Shown: in pieces, positions 9,032 to 17,352 of the stretch
Layout: every line of letters starts with the position of its first letter
How positions within the stretch are numbered: position 1 is the first letter of the stretch
NCBI GenBank assembly: GCA_964653875.1
Contig: CAZZGH010000002.1
Location: 1 to 41,668, forward strand
From: an uncultured Candidatus Saccharibacteria bacterium
GTDB taxonomy: Bacteria; Patescibacteriota; Minisyncoccia; 2-02-FULL-40-12; GWA2-44-9
Direction of reading: 5' to 3'
DNA length: 41,668 nucleotides
The notes under the pieces: generated by a model
Databases searched by the model: none
Told to the model about the DNA's origin: nothing
What the model saw: only the letters and a program-made list of their open reading frames with translations
Program-made: the position numbers and the translations under genes

Positions 9032-10411
9032 TCATTTGAATTCACTTATTGAATTGTAAACACGTTCTTTTATTAAAACCAACTCTTGTTTTAAGGGTTC
9101 ATCTACAGAAACTTCGTTTTTGATTTTTTCACAAGCATGAATTACTGTTGAATGATCGCGACCACCTAATTTCTGTCCTATTTCTGGAAAAGAAAGTTTA
9201 GTCTCTTCTCTAAGTAAAAACATTGCTATTTGTCTGGGTCGGACAATCTCTTTTTTGCGGCTTCTTTTTACCAGATCAGTTAATGATATACTAAAAAAAT
9301 CAGCAACAGATTTAAGGATTATTTGAGGAGAGGTTTTTTTATAGGGAGCACTTAGGTAGGTATTAAGAATATTTTTCACTTCTTTTAAATCAGGAATTCG
9401 GTTATAGATTTGGCCAAAAGCCATTACCCTATTTAAAGCTCCTTCTAATTCTCTGACATTTTTTTGGATATGAGTGGCTATGTAAGTAAGAACTTCCAAA
9501 TTAAGATCATATCCCCTTTCGGAGGACTTAAGTTTTAAAATTGCTAATCTTGTTTCAAAGTCAGGGAGACCTACGTCTGCAACCATACCACCTTGGAAAC
9601 GTGAACGTAAACGCTCTTCAAGAGCTGGGATTGTTTGAGGGGGACGATCCGAAGAAAGAATGATTTGTCTATTTTTACCGTAAAGCTCATTGAAGGTAGA
9701 AAAGAAAATGTCTTGGGTTTTTTCTTTTCCAGCGATAAACTGGATATCGTCAATCATGAGCAGGTCTAGTTTTGCATATTGGGTCTTAAGGTCTTCAATT
9801 GTTTTGTTTCTGATTGCCTCTACGATTTCAGCAGTAAATCTTTCCGCGGGTATATAGTAAATCTTTCGACCCCTGTTTTCAGAGGAGATTTTATTACCGA
9901 TGGCCTGGAGAAGATGGGTTTTTCCCAGTCCGACTCCTCCGTAAAGAAACAAAGGGTTGTAAAGTTTACCGAGATTTTTAGTTACAGCCAAGGCAGCGGC
10001 GTAAGCCAATTCGTTGTTGGAACCGATAACAAAGGATTCAAAAGAATATTTATGGTTGAGGTTGGTGGTCTTGTCTAAATCCTTATCTTGTTCTGACTCA
10101 ACCTTTTCTTCTAATTCAGTAACGAAACTCATCTTAGAGAGATCTTGTTTAACGAGTTCTGCTTTCGGGCGACCAATCGTATACCTGACCTCCCTAATTT
10201 CAGGAGTGAGATTCCTAATAGACTGAAGTATTTTTTTATTAAATTTGTTTTCAAGCCACTCTTTAATAAAACCGTTAGGAACACTGACAACGATAGCGTT
10301 TTTGTCTCTGGACAATACGGTAGTGTTTCTAAACCAAGTAGTAAAATTGGCCCTAGTCAGAGACAGTTCCATTTCTCCTAATACTGCTTTCCAGAGTTCT
10401 TCGTTGGTCAT
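9032..10411 (-). CDS. dnaA: Chromosomal replication initiator DnaA
   Basis: Walker A GGVGLGKTHLL, Walker B LLMIDDIQF. Domain IV motifs RPRQIAMFLLRE and GGRDHSTVIHA. Confidence 0.95.
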   Translation of the reverse strand: MTNEELWKAVLGEMELSLTRANFTTWFRNTTVLSRDKNAIVVSVPNGFIKEWLENKFNKKILQSIRNLTPEIREVRYTIGRPKAELVKQDLSKMSFVTELEEKVESEQDKDLDKTTNLNHKYSFESFVIGSNNELAYAAALAVTKNLGKLYNPLFLYGGVGLGKTHLLQAIGNKISSENRGRKIYYIPAERFTAEIVEAIRNKTIEDLKTQYAKLDLLMIDDIQFIAGKEKTQDIFFSTFNELYGKNRQIILSSDRPPQTIPALEERLRSRFQGGMVADVGLPDFETRLAILKLKSSERGYDLNLEVLTYIATHIQKNVRELEGALNRVMAFGQIYNRIPDLKEVKNILNTYLSAPYKKTSPQIILKSVADFFSISLTDLVKRSRKKEIVRPRQIAMFLLREETKLSFPEIGQKLGGRDHSTVIHACEKIKNEVSVDEPLKQELVLIKERVYNSISEFK

Positions 10412-10418
10412 GCCTTTT

Positions 10419-10424
10419 ATTATA
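10419..10424 (-). promoter_or_regulatory. -10 box TATAAT, 7 nt upstream of the dnaA ATG
   Basis: Minus strand reads gggTATAATaaaaggcATG. Confidence 0.4.
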
Positions 10425-10603
10425 CCCTGTAAAAACTTTAGTGGGGCAAGAAATTAGTTGATATATTGTGTATAACAAGTGGAAAATGTTAATACAATAT
10501 TGACCCCTCACCTTTTTGGCGGTCTAATTTGTGGGAGCTATAGTTTTTTAATAAAATTGAAAAAACTGGATAGGGCTTAGAAATGGGATTAAAAGGCATG
10601 GGG

Positions 10604-10632
10604 TTGACCAAGAGTATATAAAAAAGTATACT
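10604..10632 (+). promoter_or_regulatory. Sigma70-like promoter for rpmH: TTGACC, 17 nt, TATACT
   Basis: TTGACC at 10604-10609 and TATACT at 10627-10632, with the ATG 7 nt downstream at 10640. Confidence 0.55.
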
Positions 10633-10639
10633 TAATCCC

Positions 10640-10777
10640 ATGAAATCTACATTATATCGGCCAAAAAAGAAGAAAAGAAAAGTGAAACACGGTTTCTTGG
10701 GAAGAATGCAAACTAGGTCTGGCCGGAATGTCATAACCAGGCGAAGAAGAAAGGGCAGGAAAAGCCTGACTGTTTAA
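10640..10777 (+). CDS. rpmH: 50S ribosomal protein L34
   Basis: Hand translation gives [45 protein letters not shown], which matches the L34 pattern (KRTxQP..KR.R.HGF..RM.T..GR.V...RR.KGRK.L). It has the canonical position upstream of rnpA. It is below the ORF-track length cut-off. Confidence 0.9.
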   Translation: MKSTLYRPKKKKRKVKHGFLGRMQTRSGRNVITRRRRKGRKSLTV

Positions 10778-10802
10778 ATATCTAAACAGTTAAATATCGA
10801 GG

Positions 10803-11135
10803 ATGGCTTTGAATAAAAAAAACCGGCTGAAGAAAAAACGTGATTTTGAAAATGTTTTTAAGAAAGGAAGAGCTGTTAATGGCAGCTTTTTATTTATTAA
10901 GTATAGAAAGAATGGCTTGGACACGTCCCGATTTGGCTTTATTGTATCAGTCAAAGTTTCCAAAAAGGCGGTTGAGAGAAATAGGATAAGAAGAATTCTT
11001 TCGGAAGCTGTTAGGGGTAGAATAGATGGTTTGGGTGGTTATGATATTGCCGTATTTGCCACTAAAAAAATAATTATGGCCGACAAAAAAGACGTGATAG
11101 AAGATTTTTTGGAGATGTTAAATAAAATAAAATGA
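10803..11135 (+). CDS. rnpA: RNase P protein component
   Basis: 110 aa, basic, with RNR motif KKAVERNRIRRILSEA. Syntenic with rpmH, yidD and yidC. Confidence 0.85.
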   Translation: MALNKKNRLKKKRDFENVFKKGRAVNGSFLFIKYRKNGLDTSRFGFIVSVKVSKKAVERNRIRRILSEAVRGRIDGLGGYDIAVFATKKIIMADKKDVIEDFLEMLNKIK

Positions 11136-11362
11136 AGAATATAATAATAGGACTTATAAAATTTTACAAGAAAGCAATCTCCCCTTTTTGGACCGGCAGT
11201 CCTTTTGGATCCTTTAATTCTTCTTGCCGGTTCTACCCAACGTGTTCTGATTATGCTATTGATGCTATTTCCAAATTTGGAGTCAGAAAAGGAACGCTAA
11301 AAACTGCCAGTAGGATCTTAAGATGCAATCCTCTGGCTAAATCAGGCGTAGATCATGCTTGA
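11132..11362 (+). CDS. yidD: Membrane protein insertion efficiency factor YidD
   Basis: CRFYPTCSDYAIDAI motif. 76 aa. 4-nt overlap with rnpA. Confidence 0.85.
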   Translation: MKNIIIGLIKFYKKAISPFWTGSPFGSFNSSCRFYPTCSDYAIDAISKFGVRKGTLKTASRILRCNPLAKSGVDHA

Positions 11363-11375
11363 TTAACAAAAAATT

Positions 11376-12068
11376 ATGGGAACACTATATACTGAAATTT
11401 TATATCGTCCGCTGTTTAATGCAGTTGTTTTTCTTTATGGTGTTTTACCATGGGATGATTTTGGTTTGGCGATAATTGCTCTGACGGCCCTTATAAGGAT
11501 ATTATTTTTTCCCTTGTCCATTAAGACGGTGAGATCTCAAAAGGCAATGAGCCTGCTAAACCCTAAATTGCAAGAAATCAAGCAAAAATTTAAAAACGAC
11601 AAGTCTGCTCAATCAATGGAAACAGTAAAACTCTATAAAGAAAATAATATTAACCCTCTTGCTGGATGTCTCCCCCTCTTAATCCAGCTCCCCATTTTGA
11701 TTGGGCTGTACCAGGCTTTTATTGCGGGATTGAAACCGGAGAATCTAAGTATGCTTTATGGATTTGTTTCAAATCCAGGAGTAGTAAACAAAATATCATT
11801 TGGTTTTATAGATATAACTTCCAAAATGCCTCTTTTAGCTGTCTTTGCTGGAGGAGCGCAGTTTGCTCAAGCATGGACAACCAAGACGCAAAATCAAGAG
11901 CTAGGTTCCAATAAGCAAATGGCGGCCATGAATAGCCAAATGTTGTATTTTTTCCCGGTTGTGATAATAGTTATTGGTTGGAATTTGCCGGCAGGTTTGA
12001 TATTATATTGGATAACAACTACAGTTTTTTCAATTTTAGAACAACTGTATATAAAATATCATGGCTGA
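11376..12068 (+). CDS. yidC: YidC/Oxa1-family membrane insertase, short form without a large periplasmic domain
   Basis: 230 aa and multi-TM. Contains KAMSLLNPKLQEIKQKFKND, NPLAGCLPLLIQLPILIGLY and LPAGLILYWITTT. Confidence 0.85.
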   Translation: MGTLYTEILYRPLFNAVVFLYGVLPWDDFGLAIIALTALIRILFFPLSIKTVRSQKAMSLLNPKLQEIKQKFKNDKSAQSMETVKLYKENNINPLAGCLPLLIQLPILIGLYQAFIAGLKPENLSMLYGFVSNPGVVNKISFGFIDITSKMPLLAVFAGGAQFAQAWTTKTQNQELGSNKQMAAMNSQMLYFFPVVIIVIGWNLPAGLILYWITTTVFSILEQLYIKYHG

Positions 12069-12549
12069 TTCGATGGATAATTTAGTAGACAACAACAAAG
12101 AAAAAGTGGCCACAATTATTAAAAAGATTGTTAGCTTTATGAACCTTGATTGTCGAGTGGAGATACAGGAGGAAAGCAATCTTGAATCAAAAACGATGAT
12201 TATCTCTCTTCATACCCCAGAAAATGTTAGATTTATTATCGGCAAGAACGGACAAAATCTTAAAGCTCTTGAACATATAATCAGAGCCATGCTTTTGAAA
12301 AACCGTGATTTTCAAAACGTTGTGGTGGATGTGAATGATTATAAGAAATCTCGAGCGTCATTTGTAGTTGACCTAGCAAAACAAGCCGTTTCAAAAGTCA
12401 GGAACACGCAGAAAGCAGAAGTTTTAAATCCGATGTCGGCTTATGAAAGGCGGATTGTCCACATGGAGTTGGCTTCTTGTCCCGATGTGGCTACCGAAAG
12501 CATCGGAGACGAACCCCAGAGACGAATAGTCATAAAGCCTTATCCATAA
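12061..12549 (+). CDS. jag: Jag/KhpB-like RNA-binding protein (KH + R3H)
   Basis: KH GxxG motif IIGKNGQNLKALEHI and R3H motif ERRIVHMEL. Sits downstream of yidC. Confidence 0.8.
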   Translation: MADSMDNLVDNNKEKVATIIKKIVSFMNLDCRVEIQEESNLESKTMIISLHTPENVRFIIGKNGQNLKALEHIIRAMLLKNRDFQNVVVDVNDYKKSRASFVVDLAKQAVSKVRNTQKAEVLNPMSAYERRIVHMELASCPDVATESIGDEPQRRIVIKPYP

Positions 12550-12574
12550 ACTTTATCGTTAGTTAAAATTCGCT

Positions 12575-12740
12575 CCCGCCCCATCCCGCCTTCTCATCTT
12601 TTTCCTAAGTTTGAATAAATAGCCTCTAATCATTGTAGAAATCTTAAGAACGCTTCGCTAGTTTAAGATTTCTTTGATTAGAGGCTTATTTATTAAGCAA
12701 ACTTATCCAGGACGATGAATCAGTCGGAATAGGGCGTTCG
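12575..12740. ncRNA. Orphan rod-like extended hairpin (about 160 nt), either an ncRNA or a MITE-like palindrome
   Basis: Core hairpin 12607-12704: aagtttg/caaactt, aataaatagcctctaatca/tgattagaggcttatttatt and agaaatcttaa/ttaagatttct. It is extended by 12578-12598 pairing with 12713-12737. No ORF, and it lies between convergent genes. Confidence 0.3.
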
Positions 12741-12825
12741 CTTTATTAATTAGAGCTCAACCCATCCCCGTTTAAGGCCGTTTGGTTTCGAGGTATAGCA
12801 ATTATTAAAAGCAAAAGGCAACTGG

Positions 12826-12942
12826 CTTAGGGGAACGACCCGCAGTCACGATTGGCTCGGTGTTCCGCTTTTAGCGGAACCAATCGGGGCGAGGGAGAAG
12901 AAATTTTTACCGCAGGAGTAAAAATATTCTGGTTCCCATAAG
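12826..12942. ncRNA. Second structured non-coding domain (closing stem plus two internal hairpins)
   Basis: Closing stem cttaggggaac/gttcccataag. Hairpin gattgg..ttccgc-tttt-agcggaa-ccaatc at 12850-12885. Hairpin attttta-ccgcaggag-taaaaat at 12902-12925. Confidence 0.25.
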
Positions 12943-12974
12943 ATAGTTGTCTTTCGCTTTTAGACATTGAACTA

Positions 12975-14042
12975 TTACTTCTTCAGCACATACAATTTGT
13001 TGTCCAAGCTATTGAGAATAACCACATAATCATCCAGACCGGAAAGAAAGAGTTCCGAAGTATTAATTTTGGAGGTTGGTGAAGATAGAAGTTTTTTGAT
13101 TCCATCAAGGCCGATTTCATATATCTCATCTCCAGAAGCTGATGACTGAGGTACTCCGCAAACCACACTTTTTCCATCTATGCCCCAGTCACATTTTGAT
13201 GCGGAGGTAGATATGTTAAGAGACATTTCCGATTCAGAAGAGACATCTTTATAGAATAAGCCAACCCCTGATTCCGTTTTTTGTGAAAACAGGAACCGAG
13301 AGCCGTCTTTAGACCACTTAACTTCAAGCCCATCCCTAGAGTCCAGTATTTTTTTAATCTCTCCGGCTTTAGATAAGCTATATAGTTCGGAACTGTCCGC
13401 GGTCTCTGTTTTGAAAGCCAAGAGGTTGTCTGATGGCCAATAAATTTCTGCATTTTCTAAGCGAGTTGGCAGTAATTTTTTGAAAGAACTGCCGTCAGGT
13501 TGTGAAATAAATATACCGCCGGAACGATCCTTCATTCCAAAGTAAGCTATTTGGCTTCCGTCCGGAGAAAACGCCAAAGATTTAATGTCAGTTCCGAGGT
13601 CGGCAGAAGCTTTTGTTTTAAAGTTAAAGTATTTGTAGTGATTCCCCTTCGGGTAGTAGAAAAGAGATACAACCTCTTTCTTTGATGGCGACCAGATTGT
13701 TTCTATTAGGTTAGATAAAGGAATTTCGGATATGGGTTTTTCTCTTAAGTCGTTTAAGGTAACCTCAAAAACTTTACCGGTATTCTTCTCGTAATAGAGA
13801 ACGCTGTCTTTTTCTTTGGATATAGCAGGTGATATGACTGTTCTCTGGCTTAAAAGCTTAAAAATACCAGAAGACCCTGCTTGTTGGTTGGGGTTGTTAT
13901 CGTTGAATTTATCCAGGATATTTCCAGTAGAGTTTGAGTTTTGACTTCTATGAAAATCTTTTTGGCTGATTAGATACCCCGACAAAAAAGCGGTAAAAGA
14001 TATAGATACGACAGTCAGGGTGATTAAAATTTTTTGATTCAT
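12975..14042 (-). CDS. N-terminally anchored TolB-like (PD40-type) beta-propeller protein
   Basis: TM segment ILITLTVVSISFTAFLSGYLI. Repeated motifs WSPSKKEVVSL, LAFSPDGSQIAYFG, IYWPSDNLLAF and VKWSKDGSRFLFS. Last gene of the T4SS-like operon. Confidence 0.6.
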   Translation of the reverse strand: MNQKILITLTVVSISFTAFLSGYLISQKDFHRSQNSNSTGNILDKFNDNNPNQQAGSSGIFKLLSQRTVISPAISKEKDSVLYYEKNTGKVFEVTLNDLREKPISEIPLSNLIETIWSPSKKEVVSLFYYPKGNHYKYFNFKTKASADLGTDIKSLAFSPDGSQIAYFGMKDRSGGIFISQPDGSSFKKLLPTRLENAEIYWPSDNLLAFKTETADSSELYSLSKAGEIKKILDSRDGLEVKWSKDGSRFLFSQKTESGVGLFYKDVSSESEMSLNISTSASKCDWGIDGKSVVCGVPQSSASGDEIYEIGLDGIKKLLSSPTSKINTSELFLSGLDDYVVILNSLDNKLYVLKK

Positions 14043-14043
14043 G

Positions 14044-14487
14044 TTATGTTCCTAATTCGGTTTGTTTATGTCCGGAGAGGCCAAGTTGGATGGGTAGCTC
14101 GTATCTTGATTTTACAAAAGACCAAATCAAAAACAAAGACCTGAATGGCAGAATATTTAGTATTGGAACTTTTTCACCAATTATTCCTACGATTATTCTT
14201 TTGAACTGCTTTCTCCCTCCTTTTGAAAGGCCAACAGACAGAAGAAGAATAGCATCAACGAAAAGACCAATTAGCCAGCCTATTGTTCCGATCGTTAGCA
14301 TGTCTATAAAGTCAGCTACGACACAAAGAAGAAGAAGAATAGCAAACATCATTGTGTCCATCTTTGCCGGTGTTTCGGGCTGATTTCCCTTCTCTCTTTC
14401 TTCTCTTTCTTGGTCGGCTTGATAGAGAGCCCTATCAGACTCAAGTTGTTCTTGATAGTTTTGTTGCTGGTTTTCGGGCATTGTCAT
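14044..14487 (-). CDS. Small membrane protein with an acidic N-terminal tail (unknown function)
   Basis: 147 aa. Hydrophilic QQNYQEQLESDRALYQADQEREEREK followed by 2-3 TM segments. 1-nt gap to the next gene. Confidence 0.55.
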   Translation of the reverse strand: MTMPENQQQNYQEQLESDRALYQADQEREEREKGNQPETPAKMDTMMFAILLLLCVVADFIDMLTIGTIGWLIGLFVDAILLLSVGLSKGGRKQFKRIIVGIIGEKVPILNILPFRSLFLIWSFVKSRYELPIQLGLSGHKQTELGT

Positions 14488-14504
14488 TAGTTGTTGGTTG
14501 TTGA

Positions 14505-16247
14505 TTACCCCCTAAGTTTCGCCCACTCTTCCTTGGCTTTCTCTATCTCAAGTATCTGGCGGGGGTCGGAGGTGATTATCTGGTCTTCGGCATAAGATGC
14601 GACAACGCGGATGCCGATGTGGTTTTGGCCGAGGAAAAACAATCCGAAACCTACCCGTGCTTCCAGCAGGTAATATTTTTCCGCATCGGTTAAGTTGAAC
14701 GTTGTTTTAACCACCTCGATGGATGATGGCGATTGTTTCATAAGAACCTGTATAGAAGAGTTGCTTAAAATTGTTTTTCCTTGAGGCGATGCCAGAAAAT
14801 CAGGGATATCTTGTGATATGGTGGTCAGACCAGCATAATATTTTCTGGCACGCTTCGCGATATTGGAGAGGAAGTTAGCGCCTAATTCGTATTTCATGAG
14901 CCACCACGCCTCATCAACCACAAGGATTCGCTGTTTGAGCGTTCTTCTGATGGTTACCCACATGAAATTTAAAATTAGGTACATGGCAATTGGCCTTAAC
15001 TCCTCCTCCATTTCTCTAATACTGAAGACTATCATTTGGTTATCTAGCGAAACATTTGTCGGCTTGTTCAAAAAGCCAGCAAAGGTTCCCTGGGTGTATT
15101 TCTTCAACCTGATTGCCATTGACTCTGCTCCAGTTAGGCCTTCTAATATGCTTTGAAGGTCAGAAAGCAAGGGCGGTGAAGATTTGGTAAAGTTGACTTC
15201 TGGAGTGATATCCTTGATGGCATAAGTTTGGATTAAAGCTTCATCTAGGATGGCTGTTTCTTCGGGGGTCAATTCTCCGAGTATGAGTCGTAAAAGGCCA
15301 GTCAGATCAAGAATATGAGATTTGAAAACATCGGCCGGAGATTCGTCTTCTTTTGGTGTTGGCAGATCGAAGGGATTAATATGCTGATCGGAATTGACTG
15401 AGATTTTTATCGACGAGCCACCGATAGTGTCCGAAAGGTACTTGTATTCATTTTCGGGATCAATAATTAAAACCTGGGTTCCAAACAAAAGACTTCGTAA
15501 TATCTCAAGTTTGACAGTATAACTTTTTCCGCCACCTGATTTGCCGAACACAACAGAATTATAATTTTCAAGTTTGAATCTATCGAAAAGTACCAAGGAA
15601 TTATTGTGTGTGTTTATGCCATAAAGCACTCCGGAATTTGAGGTTAGGTCAAAAGAAACAAATGGGAACAAAGAAGAAAGGGGCTCCGTATTTAAGGAAG
15701 TATGGACATTGAGTCGGTCATCGTTAGAAGGCAGAGTTGAATTAAAACCTTCGTTCATCCTGAAAACGGCGGGTTTTGAAAAAACCAGCTGATATTCCAA
15801 GAGGCCCTTTATTTTATTCTCGGTCTCATCCAGCTCTTTAATGTTGTTTTCGTAGATTGTAATGTAGACACCAAGTTCAAAGAATTTGTCTGTTCCCTGT
15901 TGAAGCTTGTCGCGAAGTACTTCTATGTCTTGAATGCCGGTTTCAAGTATTGGATCGCGGACCTTGCCTTTTGAGGATTCTTCCATCGCCTGTGACTGGA
16001 GTCGAGCTAGCTGATCTCTTAATTGTTTAAGAACTGTAGTCGTATTTTTGGGAAGAATAAAAATAGAAATATCAAAAACACGATCTAAGTTTATAACTGG
16101 TGAAAACCAATTAGTGTGAAGATATCGAGGGTAGGTGGCCAAAAATATCGTGCGGGCGTATTTATCCCCTATTTGAAAATAATTAGGTGAAACACTGAAA
16201 GCTGAAGGGGCGAATAGTTCGTCTATTTTTTTATTATTCTGGTCCAT
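14505..16247 (-). CDS. virB4: VirB4/TraC/PrgJ-family T4SS ATPase, C-terminal ATPase part
   Basis: Walker A FGKSGGGKSYTVK and Walker B RILVVDEAWWLM. The region YARTIFLATYPRYLHTNWF is typical of the VirB4 middle region. Confidence 0.8.
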   Translation of the reverse strand: MDQNNKKIDELFAPSAFSVSPNYFQIGDKYARTIFLATYPRYLHTNWFSPVINLDRVFDISIFILPKNTTTVLKQLRDQLARLQSQAMEESSKGKVRDPILETGIQDIEVLRDKLQQGTDKFFELGVYITIYENNIKELDETENKIKGLLEYQLVFSKPAVFRMNEGFNSTLPSNDDRLNVHTSLNTEPLSSLFPFVSFDLTSNSGVLYGINTHNNSLVLFDRFKLENYNSVVFGKSGGGKSYTVKLEILRSLLFGTQVLIIDPENEYKYLSDTIGGSSIKISVNSDQHINPFDLPTPKEDESPADVFKSHILDLTGLLRLILGELTPEETAILDEALIQTYAIKDITPEVNFTKSSPPLLSDLQSILEGLTGAESMAIRLKKYTQGTFAGFLNKPTNVSLDNQMIVFSIREMEEELRPIAMYLILNFMWVTIRRTLKQRILVVDEAWWLMKYELGANFLSNIAKRARKYYAGLTTISQDIPDFLASPQGKTILSNSSIQVLMKQSPSSIEVVKTTFNLTDAEKYYLLEARVGFGLFFLGQNHIGIRVVASYAEDQIITSDPRQILEIEKAKEEWAKLRG

Positions 16248-16872
16248 TTTCGGATGTTAGTTTGTTACCTGGGTTGTATAGCCCGTAGAAAAGATTCATT
16301 AGGTCGTTTCCTTCTAAAGTTTTCGCTTTAAGTCCCATTCCAATCAAGCCGTCAAAGATTAGTTCGGTTCTTTGGAGGAGTTGGCTTTTGTAAGTCTCCA
16401 GCTGTTCGGGCGTTAATTCCTTAACAACCGCCGATGGTTTAAATATGCTTTTTAAACTCTGTGTTATTCCGGATTTTGACGGTGCTTCAAAAACGTAAAA
16501 AGGAACGACAATATAAAATTTCTTAGACATGATGTTGGAAAGGTCTGAAAGCTCTTCGACGAATTTTGAGTATTCTATTGCCTGGATTTTCAAAAGCTCA
16601 TTGGTTAGGGCATTTGCAGATTCATTGATCAATTTGAGATACTCATCGATGTTTAGTTTTCTGGAATTTACAACGATCTGAAGCGGAAAATCTATTGAAT
16701 TAATAAAACGCTGGAAATTTTGGAGAATGGCCGTCTGTTCTCCTTCGGAACGGAGTTCAAAATTAATTGCCGAAACTTCAATCACAGCTCTCAAGGATCC
16801 GTTTTTTAGCAATACAATACTGTCTATTATGTTTGCTATCTCTACTAATTGTTTAGTTGATTTGATAGCCAT
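16234..16872 (-). CDS. VirB4/PrgJ-type N-terminal domain encoded as a separate ORF
   Basis: LLKNGSLRAVIEVSAINFELRSEGEQTAILQNFQRFINSIDFPLQIVVNSRKLNIDEYL matches the N-terminal pattern of Gram-positive VirB4 homologues. It overlaps the ATPase ORF by 14 nt in another frame. Confidence 0.65.
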   Translation of the reverse strand: MAIKSTKQLVEIANIIDSIVLLKNGSLRAVIEVSAINFELRSEGEQTAILQNFQRFINSIDFPLQIVVNSRKLNIDEYLKLINESANALTNELLKIQAIEYSKFVEELSDLSNIMSKKFYIVVPFYVFEAPSKSGITQSLKSIFKPSAVVKELTPEQLETYKSQLLQRTELIFDGLIGMGLKAKTLEGNDLMNLFYGLYNPGNKLTSENGPE

Positions 16873-16904
16873 TTTGAATGTTGAATGTGGATAGTAGAAT
16901 GTTG

Positions 16905-17225
16905 TTAAGAATTTTTACCACCTTCTACCCTCCACTCGCTACTTTCATTATTTTTCTTAAATATATATTTCTTGGGGTTCGTAAAATAAGAAAGCCCGTA
17001 GCTGGCGTAAACTATCAGCGGAACACCGTCTATTTTCAAAAAAGCCAAAGCAAGAAAAATCACAGCCACTGGTATTGCAAAAATGAAGAATAAAATTCCC
17101 CTAACTAAAGTAAAAAGCAGAAACACAAAAGCGGCTCCGCCCGCAATCCATAAAAACTGCTGGAGCGTAAACGGCCCTACTATTTTAGTCTCTGTCTCTA
17201 TGAATTGTGGCAATTGAAAACGCAT
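16905..17225 (-). CDS. PrgI/VirB3-like small T4SS membrane protein
   Basis: MRFQLPQFIETETKIVGPFTLQQFLWIAGGAAFVFLLF followed by a second TM. 106 aa. Immediately upstream of the VirB4 ORFs. Confidence 0.65.
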   Translation of the reverse strand: MRFQLPQFIETETKIVGPFTLQQFLWIAGGAAFVFLLFTLVRGILFFIFAIPVAVIFLALAFLKIDGVPLIVYASYGLSYFTNPKKYIFKKNNESSEWRVEGGKNS

Positions 17226-17338
17226 TTGTAACTTGCTGGCCTCTCCCGCCTAAACTATGGCGAAGTTTATTTTATAAACTAAGTATAGCAGATTTTTAGC
17301 CAAAAATGGCGTAAGTAGTCAACAGCCCGATTTTGTTA

Positions 17339-17344
17339 TATAAT
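17339..17344 (+). promoter_or_regulatory. -10 box TATAAT, 8 nt upstream of the mntA-like ATG
   Basis: Sequence reads ttgtTATAATccaattatATG. Confidence 0.4.
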
Positions 17345-17352
17345 CCAATTAT

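Noticed and set aside
10489-10734. 81-aa minus-strand ORF in the dnaA-rnpA spacer.
   Set aside because: It overlaps the hand-identified rpmH (L34) gene on the + strand, which has a clear family match, promoter and conserved synteny.
12550-12974. Possibility that the orphan structured region is RNase P RNA, tmRNA, SRP RNA or 6S RNA.
   Set aside because: I found no GGAAAGUCC/ACAGAA..GGCUUA core, no tRNA-like 3' end with a TTCGA T-loop plus CCA, and no SRP GGAA/AGCA domain IV on either strand. The rod is too perfectly paired for a 6S central bubble. It is kept only as an unknown structured element.
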